Source: Magallana gigas (taxonomy: Eukaryota). From it: a stretch of DNA of 64,000 nt. Positions within the stretch are counted from its first letter, which is position 1, and each line of letters opens with the position of its first letter. Location: contig NC_088856.1 in NCBI RefSeq assembly GCF_963853765.1, forward strand, positions 34,596,001 through 34,660,000, in the 5' to 3' direction. Below the pieces are notes generated by a model. That model ran no database searches, was not told the DNA's origin, and worked only from the letters and a program-made list of their open reading frames with translations. Positions 12,101-24,370 of this stretch are shown here, one piece after another. A program made the position numbers and the translations under genes.

Positions 12101-14099
12101 AGCTTCTTTATATTGCTTGTACTTATACATGTATTCTGTCAATTCCTTATTTTATGCGAGTACTTAATTCCACGATTCTGCTGTTTTGCATCAAATGTTG
12201 ATGATTTCATAAAGCTATAAACTGTCTGAAAAATAAGAGCAGAATTTTTAAAATCGACGAGGGCTGCTTTTCACGATTTTATACTGAAATTAATTCCTTG
12301 CGTATAATAAGGAATTTCGGTAGTCAATACTTTATAATGCTAAAATTTCAATGTGTTTGTGTAATGTGTTTGACCAAGATACCTGTTTGTTGACAGATTC
12401 TACTTCCGAGGAGACTGCTGATGACACGGGGCAGTGTATGACGAGGACTATGTTGAAACAACTGAGCCTCGTTCTTCTGACCTTACAGAATGCCCTCCTC
12501 ATTCTGGTCATGCGCTACACACGCACCAGGAAGGGCGACATGTATTTTGCCACTACCGCGGTGGTTCTCTCGGAGGGGCTGAAAGTGTTGACCTCCCTGA
12601 TGATCCTGGCCGCTCAGGAGGGGACGTTCATCAAACTGATGTGTTATCTGCGGGACAATATATGGCGGCAGCCCCTGGACTGTCTCAAAGTGTCTGTACC
12701 AGCCTTCATCTACACGCTACAGAATAACTTGTTGTACATAGCACTCTCCAATTTAGATGCAGCAACATTTCAGGTATGTTTTTGTACAGGTTCCAGTAAA
12801 GTTTTAGATAAAATGTATATGTTTATTTTAAAGATAATATGACATATTGGTATTTCCAGCTCTTTTACTTCTTTAAGATATCCTTTGAAAACTATTTAAG
12901 ATTCTCAGCATCTCACCATCAATAAACGAGGACAGAATAACACGAGAAGGAAAGCAGTAAAATGCATCATTTTTAATTCACAAATTGCAGATTGAGAACT
13001 GGTCCATTTTAATTAATTTATTCTTGGAAGTAGCCATTTTATTTATTTCCTAGAGAAGTTAATGATGGTCTGTAATGATAAATGTTTAAAGCACAGGTTG
13101 CTTGCAAATTTGAGGATATAAGTAGCATACATACTGTGGAATCATCTTTGTTCGTGGGGAACCAATGTCTGTGGCTTTTGTGGATAACTCTTGCCCACAA
13201 ATTTACATCCCCACAAATGTATATACAAGCATTTGTTTAATACCAGTACTTATTAAAAATTATCCCGAACTTGCTACCAATAAAAACACGTCCCCACGAA
13301 CCAGGAAAACTTTGGCTGCCCATGAACATTTACTCCCTACGAATATAAATGATTCCACAGTACACTTATCCTATGAAGAAACTTTTTGTGAAATGTTAGT
13401 TTATTTATTTCTCTGTTTTTCATTTAATAGGTTTCATATCAACTAAAGATCCTCACCACTGCCCTGTTCTCTGTGCTAATGCTCAAGAAGAAGCTGAGTC
13501 CCCAACAATGGAGTTCCCTAGTGATATTGTTTGTTGGAGTGGCTCTGGTCCAGTTCAGACCAGAGGATTCCAAATCCTCCAAGACTGCAACCACAGACCA
13601 GAGACCCTCCGTGGGGTTATTCGCCGTCATTCTCTCATGTTTCATGTCGGGGTTTGCCGGTGTTTACTTTGAGAAAATACTGAAGGGAACTAAACAGTCG
13701 CTCTGGCTGAGGAACGTTCAGTTGGGTAGTATGAGTGTTATAATAGGACTAATCACCATGGAAATCAAAGATGGACCAAAGATTCAGGAGCGGGGCTTCT
13801 TCTTTGGTTATGATTACGTAGTGTGGATAGTGATTGTATTCCAGTCCCTCGGGGGCTTACTGGTGGCCGTCGTAGTCAAGTATGCTGATAACATACTGAA
13901 AGGATTCGCCACATCAGCTGCCATTGTTCTCTCCTGTATAGCATCTATATACTTATTTGACTTTAAACTCTCTTTTCCTTTCACAACAGGTGCATTTTTA
14001 GTGATAATCTCAGTCTATATTTATAGTAAATTTGTTCCCGAAAACAGTCTTCCACAAGTAAATGTTGGGAAGGAGAAATCACCTTCAAGATTGATGTAA
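3176..14099 (+). CDS. SLC35A2: UDP-galactose translocator-like nucleotide-sugar transporter (SLC35A family); exons 3176-3257, 12397-12773, 13431-14099; ~375 aa
   Basis: LKQLSLVLLTLQNALLILVMRY, YFATTAVVLSE, QNNLLYIALSNLDAATFQ|VSYQLKILTTALFS, GFAGVYFEKILK, VVKYADNILKGF are SLC35A motifs. FATTAVV is closer to A2 than A3. Exons 2 and 3 join in phase 0 with GT-AG. Exon 1 is less certain (about 0.65): G|GTAAGG donor in phase 1 matches the phase-1 acceptor at 12397. Confidence 0.88.
4620..4890 (-). mobile_element. Degenerate tRNA-derived SINE-like relic
   Basis: Minus strand shows a weak A-box (TAGCTTGATTG) and a B-box (GGTTCAAAC). Boundaries are approximate. Confidence 0.3.
6002..6337. mobile_element. 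TTAA-flanked MITE (Kolobok/piggyBac-type target)
   Basis: TTAA|GGTGGCTCACTACATC ... GATGTAGTGAGGTACC|TTAA: imperfect TIR with a TTAA duplication. Confidence 0.7.
6364..6481. mobile_element. Short palindromic MITE
   Basis: AGGCCATAAAAGTTAGATGAGCTCACTTTTGGTCTCAG pairs with CTGAGATCAAAAGTGAGCTCGTCTTACTTTTATGGCCT. Confidence 0.7.
7127..7293. mobile_element. MITE with 17-bp TIRs and TTATAT flanking duplication
   Basis: TTATAT|CAGGGTTGTCTCTAAAA ... TTTTAGAGACAACCCTG|TTATAT. Confidence 0.8.
9489..10405. mobile_element. Non-autonomous DNA transposon (~0.9 kb) with short TIRs
   Basis: CCCTGTCACAC at 9491 and GTGTGACAGGG ending at 10403. The interior is richer in GC than its flanks and has no transposase ORF. 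The TSD is ambiguous. Confidence 0.6.
10761..10931. mobile_element. Palindromic MITE / long hairpin
   Basis: A ~64-bp left arm (GGCTGAATGGGAGAGGTGAATAG...) matches the reverse complement of the right arm, which carries a small internal duplication. Confidence 0.75.
11241..11368 (+). mobile_element. Solo LTR-like element containing a tRNA-derived Pol III cassette (Helenus-type TRIM)
   Basis: TGT...ACA termini, GTAC direct repeat at 11237-11240 and 11369-11372, and a cloverleaf at 11270-11341 with A box (TAGCTCAGTTGG) and B box (GGTTCGAATCC). Confidence 0.7.
13132..13362. mobile_element. Tc1/mariner-type MITE in transporter intron 2
   Basis: TACTGTGGAATCAT ... ATGATTCCACAGTA, with TA ends. 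Confidence 0.8.
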
Positions 14100-14595
14100 A
14101 TCTATGTTTATGAATGTTTCGAGGTATCATCTATTATTTATTATTTTCTGAAGATGTCCATCACATGCAATAATTGTTGAAGAATTCTATGATTTGGGAT
14201 GCATGTATTTATCATGATTGTTTTGATTGGTTTTTTTTGTTAAAAGATATTTATGATGAGAGGTTCATTCACGCATGAGACAACTTTGAGGGGTTTAGTT
14301 TATTTAGGATAATTTCTAGCTAAAAGCGACTCTGTCTCATTTTAGAGTGTATCTTGATACCTTCTATTAATTAAGTTGTTGTCAGTATTTCTTTAATAGT
14401 ATTTAATAATATCTTTTTTATCACAGTGTCTAGTTAAGAAGAGCAGGAATAGCAATGCATTGACTATCTAAGAGTATTGAAGCTTTACAATGGGAATAGT
14501 TTTCCCAGTTTGTCACAATTACTTTCAGTTATAAAAACAAAGTTTTAATACATGATAATCTTTGAAAAGTATGCCATTAGATATTGGTGCAATGT

Positions 14596-14813
14596 TACTG
14601 TATATAGGGTTATTTTTGCCTCGTGGTATTTTTGCCTTTTTTCACTTGCAAACATTTTCGCCCTGTCTTGAATTCGCTCAGACAACGTTGTGAATAGAGA
14701 AAGATAGTTTGAGACAAAGGAATTCGCCCATTCCTTAAAATTCGCCTGCTGACAACAAGGGGGAAAGAGGCGGCGAAAATGAAATGAGGGCGAATATTTC
14801 CCTGTATATAGTA
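14596..14813. mobile_element. Tc1/mariner-type MITE 0.5 kb downstream of the transporter stop
   Basis: TACTGTATATAGGG ... CCCTGTATATAGTA, an imperfect TIR with TA ends. Confidence 0.75.
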
Positions 14814-16875
14814 CCTTGCAGTAAAAAGAGTCAACTGAGATGTGAGAGAGAGGTTTGTGTTCTTTCCTTAGTCTTTTAGAAGCATGGGGATTATTTATGA
14901 TGAAATGTAGGGGAAACACTAGTAAACCAATGTAGTTCAACGGTACAAGGCATTATTCCACATATACCATTGTATAAATGTAGATTCTGTAAAATCAGTG
15001 GCTTCTGTGAAATGCATGTAGCATTATTGAAATCACAATCATTTGGCACACACTGCAATAATGGGCACTGATAGTGTCCATTATTAGTTTGTCTTCTCCA
15101 TTTGAAGGGAGGTAAGTTCTCATACCTCACTGCTCATTTATTGTCAGTCCAAACCTGTACATTATTCTGTATCTATAAAGCAAGATGATACCATGTGGTG
15201 TTGCACTTTCATTATACCAGTCTACACTAGCTTTAACGATAGGTGTACTTCACATTATGTATAGTGTATGTTTTGTAAGATAGGCATGTCAGAATTCCAT
15301 GGAGAAAACGAAAACTATTGTTTATGCATAGATTTGTTGCTATATTTGTTATCCAGCTCCATAGCATTGTTTTAAGAGTACTTTGACTGTTCAAATGTAA
15401 TTCACAGCTTTTTATAAGTACTCTTTATGCCTATGAAGTACTAATCTCATGTTTTACCAATTGATTATTTCTATCTTAAAAGAATTGTGCATGTCACATT
15501 TTTATGTCTTTTATACATGTTGATATATAACAAGTTCATGTTAAAAAAAAAGATTCTGGTCATCAAATTTTATTCTCTCAAAAAATGTGCTGCATAATGA
15601 TCATGTGTTCAAAACATGGGACATAAAGTTTATAGTGTTGTGGTCATTGAATCTGTACAGTAGGAGAATACATTACTCAGATCATATATTTAATTCACTA
15701 TGTATTTTCTGATATATTTCTTAAGCAAACCGATTGTAATTCACAGCGCTATAGAAACTGACAGGGCTGAAATCTACATCTACATATCCTGCAAGAATCG
15801 TCAAAGAAAGCATTTTTTGTTTAAAGTTCACAACTTGCGAGGTTATTATCAAATGACCTAATTAGTTGCAGGAGGATAAGTACCAGCTTGCCAATGTGTA
15901 CTGCCCAAGAAACAAAACTTAAGTTTGAGATAACATATTAACACATGATTAATATCTTTTCCAAATGTTTTCACAATTTATAAGTTTATTGAATTCTTAC
16001 AATTTTTTTTAATAAGAAATAAAACCATTATACAAATCATGGACTCACAATGAATTTCCAAATTTTTGGCCTGCATTTCAGACCCCCTTATGGAGCATTA
16101 GAATGTTGAACGGTAACACAAATGTTTGCAGTGCTATTTATAAATCTGTCAAGTTTGCATATTAAGCTCTTTTAAACACAGAAACATGCTACACTTACAG
16201 AATTAAAAAAAAAATGGTTTTGAGAAATTTTACAAAATCATTGAAATAAAAACAGATTAAATAAACATGATTTTAAATGAGGACACTTTTTCATGAGGTT
16301 CAGATATATTGAATCAGTATAAAAGGGTTAAAAAAAAAAACTAAAATTCTATCTCACTAAATATAATTAAATCACAGATAGATTTTAAAAAAAGTAAAGA
16401 CTTTGTAAAATGTAGGTTGGAATGTGTATAAACTGTCTACATTTTAAAATATTCAAATATAAAAGGGGAAAAGCAATTAGTTTTAAACACTTTCCTCCGA
16501 TAAATCATCGGAGTATGAATCGGGTGTATATTCATCCATAACTTCGGTGGAAGTTACACTGGGTCCACAATTTGTGTCATTATTATATTTAACAGTCATT
16601 TATTGAATCTCAAAGGGTTTGATTGTACTTGTATAGGTTTTATTGACGTAGGTAATTTTAAAATTTAAAACACATGTCATGTACTTAACATGATGTACAT
16701 ACGTATATATTTGTATTGAAACATATAATAAATTCAAATAACCTGAAATTAGTGTGTGTGTGTCTTTAGAATTATGTTAAAAGTTCAAAAATCAACTGCT
16801 TCTTTTCTTGTTTATCCGCGATAACCCGTTGCAGACGTCGAGGATAAATAATAATTATATGCAATCAAATCAAGC

Positions 16876-17320
16876 TTAAAGGGGCATGGTCACGATTTTG
16901 GTCAAAACTTATTTTTCCCATTTTAATATTTACAATGCTTCAGAAAGGCATTTTTAATAGGCAACCGAAATTTGAGTGTCATTTGTTGACTTATAAGCGA
17001 GTTACAGAGCTTGAAATTCTTCGTTATGTAAACAACGCGTTTTTGATTACATTTTGAACGTTGAAGTAAAATTTTCAGTTTTAAACCTAAAACGAATGTA
17101 TTAAACGTTAAGAACTGTTTATCTATGCTTAAAATAAATTAAAAGATAGACAAATAAGCTGGAAAAGGATTTTTTACTTGTATATTGAACCTATGTAAAC
17201 AAAAACAGGACAGAGCCTTGTTTACATTACAAAGAATTGTGAGCCCTGTATCTTTCTTATAACTCTACGAGTGACTCTCAAATTTTATTTGATCATTAGA
17301 AATGCATTTCTAAAGCATTG
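16876..17320 (+). mobile_element. Fragment of a TTAA-starting non-autonomous DNA element; related starts near 31580 and 59130
   Basis: TTAAAGGGGCATGGTCACGATTT here, TTAAAGGGGAATGGTCAAGATATT near 31580, TTAAAGGAACCTAGACACGATTT near 59130. Confidence 0.5.
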
Positions 17321-17327
17321 TAAATTT

Positions 17328-17610
17328 ATAGCAAGCGCAGCTCGCCGGCGCGCAGCGCCGGCTAGCGAAGCGAGCTCTAAGAACCAGTGTGCGCGGGAAA
17401 AAGAACGAGCAAAACCTACAGATCATCAAACAAATTTTTTTGTCTACGTCCCATAATGCTCTCTAATGATTTCACCCGTGGTGCTATGCCAAAAATGGCC
17501 GACTTTTAACTCGTAATTTACGGTGATTTAAGGTTTGAAGTCACGTTTTGAGTACCGCATATGCTTTGGCGAGACTCTCAAGATTTGTAACATGCTTCCA
17601 TACCTTCGTA
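17328..17610. mobile_element. Dispersed repeat with GC-rich terminal hairpin (Helitron-like), copy 1
   Basis: Closely similar to 62038-62320 over ~280 bp. The hairpin lies about 10 nt from a CTAT end on the minus strand. The superfamily call is an inference. Confidence 0.65.
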
Positions 17611-17654
17611 TTGAGTCTTAAACTTTGTATCTCTTGATAATTAAAAATTTCTAA

Positions 17655-17877
17655 AAATTGAAATATTCAGCAAGAAGGTCAGCCCTGTCAGCAGGCCCGT
17701 GGTTTGTGGACATGAGCCGAATCTGGTAGTGCATTCGTCTGCACTGAAACAGGAATGGCAAGCATGTTCATGACGCTGATCAGGAGTCAAGTAGACAGAG
17801 TGACCACTCCCTGCTGTAGAATTAGCATGCTCTCTCTCGTTACATTACTGGCAATGCTTGTGTCCAGTACATTCCAT
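17655..17877 (-). pseudogene. Frameshifted fragment (N-terminus to TM2) of a paralogue of the GPCR at 21538-22548
   Basis: Three frames give ...MLILQQGVVTLST*LLISVMNMLAI / LFQCRRMHYQIRLMSTN / TGLLTGLTFLLN, colinear with IFVLQQ...TVIILFNLLAL / LAQSIKMNFQIKVMTMN / TDLLTGVAILLD. Confidence 0.7.
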
Positions 17878-17914
17878 GTATGTTTTGTGTATTGTTCACC
17901 GTAGAGACTAGTTA

Positions 17915-18340
17915 ATATATAATATTTACATCTATCGACTCGGAGTATTATTTCCTCTATTTCTTACGGAAACTTATAGTTTATTCATAGCTGTATAGAA
18001 ACAGCCAGACAGAAATCTACACGCCCCGTTTATCGATTGGTCGTAATCTACAGCGGCTGAAACTGACAAGTAAAATTGACACGCCCTGTTTATCGATTGG
18101 TCGAAGAAAAATCACGGACTGCACGAAATAATCATGATGCTGTCAGACTCAAAGTCTTAACAGGAGTTAATTTGGCTGTTTCTTTTAGCTAACGTACTTA
18201 CGTACATTAACAGTAATTTAGTGAATTTTACTTACTTTTGATAATTTTGATAACCCGTTGGCGGGTTATGTATTTTTTCTGCAATGTCGCTACCTTCATA
18301 TCCCGAATGAATCACTGAAGAAAGCATTTTATTGTTTAAA
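17915..18340 (+). mobile_element. Palindrome-terminated non-autonomous repeat, internally deleted copy (same family at 59265-59820 and inverted at ~48960-49370)
   Basis: Shared sequence such as ATCACGGACTGCACGAAATAATCATG and CCCGAATGAATCAC...GAAAGCATTTTATTG. Confidence 0.7.
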
Positions 18341-18699
18341 AGAACCACATATCTATAGTCAGTTTTATACCACAACGCAAAAAAGTGCATTATGGATGTA
18401 TGGGGGTACTAGTTCTGATCTGATGAACCATTCCTGGGGTATTGTCCGTGTACGCATAGAAACAGATGATGAAACTGGAAATTCAGTATTTGATATGAAC
18501 GGGGTGGGGGGGGGGGGCAAAAGACAATAAATCCTTTTTTGTTACTGATTACTATGGCATAAAAATGCAAAACGCACCTTCTGAAGCAAAAGTACACATT
18601 CTTTTCGTGATATGACCACAGCAGGTACCTTCTAATGCAGAATCACATTTTGTTGTTGAAATAACTACAGTCTAATAATGCAAATGCACATTCATATCG

Positions 18700-19240
18700 A
18701 AGGACAGCTGTTGTATTCTATTCAAAACAGTTTACATCCGTTATTACGGTGCTCAACTATAGTCTGTCCCAAGTCTTCCATCATTTTTAATAAAAATACA
18801 CATACCCGTGAAAGAAATACAGTTAAAATCAATAAAAGGGAATATATCCGAGATATCTTCATTGAACAATTATCATTTTTCACTTATAAAAGTTCATAGG
18901 AACGCAAACAAATTTCTTACGGAGATTTATAATGGAAGATGTTCACATCTTTTCTTCATTCGGAAGTACTTGAGACACCTCGCGCAATTTTTCAACGTTA
19001 TCATCCGGGCTTAATTATTAATGGCTGATGCAATGCAAAATCCCCGCAGAATTTCTGTTTTGGGATGTGTATTGAAACCTGAAGCAGTAGAGGGGGGCGT
19101 TTAAAAACAGAAAATCTGGACATTTTTCATATTAATGGATGAATGTAGTTTTAGCACAAAGGTATTTATGATTATCAAAATATCAAGCAAAAAGTGGTGG
19201 AAGCAAAAACTCAGGACAGAGTATACATGTAGTTCGTAGT
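18700..19240 (+). repeat. Dispersed repeat, also at ~63020-63500 and in degenerate form at ~40640-40880
   Basis: GTGAAAGAAATACAGTT...TTTCTTACGGAGATTTATAATGGAA...GCAAAAAGTGGTGGAAGCAAAAACTC is shared with the 63-kb copy. Confidence 0.75.
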
Positions 19241-20213
19241 CTGGTTAGAGTCTCGTTTTCTTACACACGCACGTAGCATTGTTTTAGAAGACTCATTCCC
19301 AAAATCTTGACAAGCAGGCTACGTAAAAGGGTTGGTTACCCTTCATTGTGGTAAAATAGTATTAAACAATAATCTGTTTAATGTTTAGAACATCGCAAAA
19401 AGTAATCCTCATATCTGTTATACAACCATGCTCCGGAAGTACAGAACATTGTATCATTTGAAGAGTTTTAACAATTTTTATGGATCAAGACAAGTTTATT
19501 ATGTGCATAAGACTTTACACCACACACATATCACGTTTGATTGTGTACCAGTGACATACCTTCCAGGGTAAAACATTGCAGGTATTAAGCTACAAGTGAC
19601 AATGGAAGCTGCTTTTAATGGGGTTGGGTCCTGCATTCAAAAGTCTTAAAGTTTTTCTTTAAAGTATTTATCAAATCTTGGAATATATGCCATTTCTGTG
19701 AGTTTTACAATATTTTAAAGAGTTTTATTTTTTTTTAAATGTTGGAAGACATACGAGTACTGTTGTTCAGGTGGGCCATATGCCCTATGGGCCTATGTAC
19801 TATGAAAGTTGGGGGGGGGGGGGTTAATAGAAAATTCTTTACAAACACAAAAATCAAACCACAAACCAAAAATAATAATAAGACAGAAAACAAAAAAGGG
19901 AAATTTGCCAATCTTGAAAATCCTCAACTTCTTCTGTGAAAAAAGATTATGGGGAGGGGCCTGCTTACACCCCCACACCCCCCCCCCCCAAAAAAAAGTA
20001 GGGGGGGGGGGGCAACTCCAACGTACCATAGTCCAATTTCTGTCTGTAACTGAATAATGTTAGCTGTGAAAAATATTATGTGGAGTCCCGCCGACACCCC
20101 CACTGATGTTGCGTGCATGTAACTTGCAGATGAATCGACTTTCCTGCTATTTTCTAATCTATTGTTAACATTTATTTACAGGACAGATAAGCTTATATAT
20201 AAAGAGTTCAGAG

Positions 20214-20216
<3 letters not shown>

Positions 20217-20276
<60 letters not shown>
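20217..20276. repeat. (GA)n microsatellite
   Basis: Read directly. Confidence 0.95.
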
Positions 20277-20277
<1 letters not shown>

Positions 20278-21537
20278 ATTAATGTTTTTGGTCAGAAACG
20301 GCGAATCACGCTCACTGCACAAATTTAGCCTGAAATGAATGTGCATCGTTTATGAGTTCTCTAAACCGATCACTGTTGGTATCCCTAAGTTATCGACAGT
20401 GATCAGTCAGCAGGAGATATCAGTAAGATGTATGGGGGTAAAAAACAACCAACTGGATGTACGTAACGGCCGACTATACAAGTTATTGACCAAGATCAAA
20501 CCGCGGGAGATCGACCTTTAGTTTCTTCTCTCCGAGAGACCGACGTCAGACAGATATAGAAAGCCATCAGAGCATTTACTAACATTTATCAGTAATTGGG
20601 GAAAAAATCTCTCAAATTTATTCAATTAGACGTCTCTCACTTGAAAGATACAAGTATATCTTTAAATTAAAAACAGTATAATCCGTTTTATAAACAGTTA
20701 AAAATAAAATTCAAACATGTAGAATAATATGAATGATACATGTACAGGCTTACTTTCGCCCCCTTGGTTTTTTTTTCGAGCTACACTTTGAAACGGTTTA
20801 TCGCGTTTATTAACGAGCTCCAATCCTCATTAATGTTCGATAACTATAATATCCGGGATTTTTTATTCGTACAATATATCTTCTTTTTATATAGACAACT
20901 TTAATTAGTTTTGTAGTGTTAATTAATATTACATGCAGTTTTTCAACGAACTGCTTAGCTTAGTGGTTTCACGGAGAAATATTACACACTGGGAAAGGGG
21001 TTCGATCTTCCGATGCATCCGTAAAACCGCGCTTTTTTTCCAATCTCAACTTGTATTTTTATTTCGTTATATCAAGCGTGGGCAAAGTTGTAATACATGT
21101 ACCTTCGTAAAATGCATGGATACCATCAGTAAATATCTTTTTATTTCATTTCATTAAAAAAAAGTTTGAAGTATAAATAACATATTCTAATGTTGAAAAA
21201 AAAAACCGTCTTAAATTTGCCCAGACTTCGGCTCTTTCCCAATACGTCATTACCTAAATTTATGGTCATATTCGATTGTTCAGAGACATTTCTTTCTGCA
21301 TTTTACCTTTTGGAAAAAACTCTCTTAATTAAACTTAAGACAATTGTCACAAAGTTTCTATGAATTTTTGTTTATTCTTAAATATAAGCAAATACGCGTC
21401 TTGCGACGATTCTAATGAACATGTTCTTCAATATTATCCAATGCATATCAAGAACAAGAAAATTGTTAGCAACATGGTAACTTTATTTCAGACATATTCT
21501 TTAACATAACGATGGAACAGTAATGATGCTCATTCTA

Positions 21538-22548
21538 TCATAAAGGTCTGGTGTCATAGAGTGCCCGGACGTCTGTGTTATTACTCATCACGGGGTTCTC
21601 CAGAAAAGAGACAACAAAACGTTTCTTCAGATTCTGATATTTTTCTCTCTGAGATTTACAGGCGAAGCAGACGATGGACAGGAAGGTGTATCTGCATTCA
21701 GTGAACCGTAACACGAAGAGGAAAGGATTGAGGAAAGCATTCAGGAGAATCAAACACCCAGCGAGGCTTTGCCAAGAGACCAGCGTCCTGGCCAGATTAT
21801 TGTTAAAGACAACGATCGTATTCAAAACAATTAATGGGATATACAGAAGCATGAAGCTGACGGTGATGGCTGACAGCTTGAACAGGACCCGGGTCTGGGT
21901 TCTGTAAAGGTACCAGTTCCTCAGGTTATCACTGGGGTGAACAGCTTTAGAGAGTTTGGAGATTTTCATAAACATCAGCATGTAGAGGAACACATTCGAA
22001 ACAAGCAGGAAACAGAAGACCATGGTCACCGTGGCTAGCCCTGCCCTACCCGTCATGATGTAAGAGGCACACACCGCCGTCCGCGCCGAGCCGTAGATTT
22101 TGAATCCATCAATAAAGTTAACGGCCGACAGAAACACCCCCGCTACCCACAGGAGTAGAACGGCGGCGAAAGAAAACTTTTTCTCCTGTAAAACGATAGT
22201 CTGGTAACGAAAGGGGTAGAAAATGGCGACGAAGCGATCCACCAGCAGGCCCGTGATGGTCGTGAAGGAAACGACGACCCCGATACAGTACAGGTACATC
22301 AGGGGCCGACACAGGTACTCGGGGAGCACCGGGCTCAGGAAGGAGTCCAGGAGGATCGCTACCCCAGTCAGCAGGTCCGTCAACGCCAGGTTCATCGTCA
22401 TCACTTTGATCTGAAAGTTCATTTTTATGCTTTGCGCCAGAATACGTAAAGCCAGCAGATTAAATAGAATGATGACCGTCCCTAGCAAAAAAGGCAACAT
22501 GTTCTGCTGAAGAACGAATATTCGCTGATCCGTGGAGTTCTGTGCCAT
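21538..22548 (-). CDS. Intronless rhodopsin-like (class A) GPCR, 336 aa, orphan
   Basis: Seven hydrophobic segments, N-glycosylation NST, TM2 NLALTD, TM3 DRF, TM7 NAFLNPFLF. The ORF track begins at a TTG (22593); the first ATG is at 22548. Confidence 0.9.
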   Translation of the reverse strand: MAQNSTDQRIFVLQQNMLPFLLGTVIILFNLLALRILAQSIKMNFQIKVMTMNLALTDLLTGVAILLDSFLSPVLPEYLCRPLMYLYCIGVVVSFTTITGLLVDRFVAIFYPFRYQTIVLQEKKFSFAAVLLLWVAGVFLSAVNFIDGFKIYGSARTAVCASYIMTGRAGLATVTMVFCFLLVSNVFLYMLMFMKISKLSKAVHPSDNLRNWYLYRTQTRVLFKLSAITVSFMLLYIPLIVLNTIVVFNNNLARTLVSWQSLAGCLILLNAFLNPFLFVLRFTECRYTFLSIVCFACKSQREKYQNLKKRFVVSFLENPVMSNNTDVRALYDTRPL

Positions 22549-23049
22549 GTTCCTTCTTCTGCTCCGTGATCGTATGATATGTGATCTACACAAATCGAGG
22601 CTTTATATATATGTATGCATGAGAAAAGCGATAATTTATATAACCATAATTAAGATGACCAAGTATGATACATAACAGTATGTTTAGAATAACCTAGATG
22701 TTCTGAAGTATTAAAAGTGTAAATCATCTCTCGTGAAAAACAGAACTCTTGTTGTTCAATGGAAAAAGTCTAGAAAAGGGTTTTCATTCGTCAGATGCTG
22801 TTTTGTTTTCAGCATACCACACTAATGAAAAATGTCTTTAAAAATATTAAAAAATCCAATCGCATTGAGAATAACAAAGGGTACATCTGGTCCATTTTCA
22901 AGATTAAACATATTTAATCACAGATTCATTACAAAGCTCACCGACACGAGGCATCACCTTTATGAGGCATCACCCTTATGAGACCACCTTTATCATTTAA
23001 TATGACAATCATAGCTAATAATCTTGGATATTCATGAATACTGTTTTGA

Positions 23050-24370
23050 CACAATATTGTATATCATGTGTTAACCATTTCTTCGTTTCATACAGTATTA
23101 TAAGATACAATATTTATCAATGCAATAATAAAAAATCCAATATTGCATCCCATCATATTTACAATATATATCTTAATAATACAATATAATACTATAATTT
23201 AAAAAAAATAATGATGCAATACGATATTGTAACATATAATATGACATTAATTGTGTTATACATAATTTTATTTAATCACATACTGTAATTCAATATCATA
23301 CTATCTAATATAAATTTAATATAGTATTATATATGATACTATATAATATCATATTATACATCACAATATTGTAACATATGATATTATAGTGTATAATATA
23401 GCATGATATTGTATTGTAAAAAATATCATATACGATACATAATATGATATTGTATCAAATTATACAATAATTCAATAAAACATTGGATCATATAATATGA
23501 TACATCATTTGATATAGTAATACATCAAATAATACAATATTATATTATACAATATATAATACAATATCATATGATATAATGATATATATTACAATATCAT
23601 AAAACACAAATTCATTTGAAATAATAACATATTATATAAACCAATATCAAATCATACAGTATCATACAATTATTGCTGTTTTTGAGGTCAAAACAAAGAT
23701 TGAGCTACCCAAGAAGTACAATAACAATATTCACAAAGCCGGAGGCGAGGTGAATATTGTACTTCGAGGGTAGCTAAATCATCGTATTGATAGAAAAAAC
23801 ATCAATAATTAATTTATCATATGATTCAACGACGTATTAATACAGACACATATTTAATTGAGTGTTATCAGCAACCTTTTAGCTCGAAGCCATAGCCGAA
23901 CAAACTGAGAATTGTGACGTTTCATTGGTCGATCTATTTTAAGTCCATTGTATAAAAAATCAACTGTTATATTGACCTCCTAGGTCATGTGCAGGTGAAT
24001 ATAATGTTCTGTTTTTTCGAGATAGTTGGATATGAGCCAATCAGAGAGCTTGGAATAAATCATTCATATAATAAATAAATTTACAATATCTTATATTTCA
24101 ATATTATATGAAACAATATCATTTTATAAAAAAATAAATTATAATAATACAATATCATATTATACAATGTTGTATAACAATATACAATACTAAATATAAC
24201 AATAATTATCATAATACAATATCATATCATTATGTACACAAAAATTGATACGATATCATATCATATAACTTTTTACAATATAATGTATGATATTATATTG
24301 TATCATAGAAAACAATGGTGTATCATATCATAGAATACTATATCATAGGAATCATGTTACATCATTTAAG
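23050..24370. repeat. AT-rich low-complexity (ATAAT/ATATC-like) tract split by a palindrome-terminated element at ~23667-24070
   Basis: Degenerate pentamer repeats on both sides. An imperfect ~70-bp-arm palindrome spans 23667-23812. Confidence 0.65.

Noticed and set aside
16790-16860. Continuation of the GPCR pseudogene (IIYPRRLQRVIADKQEKK vs IFYPFRYQTIVLQEKK)
   Set aside because: The match is short, has no DRY context and shows little nucleotide similarity, so it is probably chance.
19805-20015. G/C homopolymer cluster as a regulatory G-quadruplex
   Set aside because: Similar G-runs are scattered through repeat fragments in this window, and nothing ties this one to a function.
22549-22593. 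15-aa N-terminal extension of the GPCR
   Set aside because: It depends on a TTG start, which is unlikely in an animal. The first ATG is followed by a glycosylation sequon.
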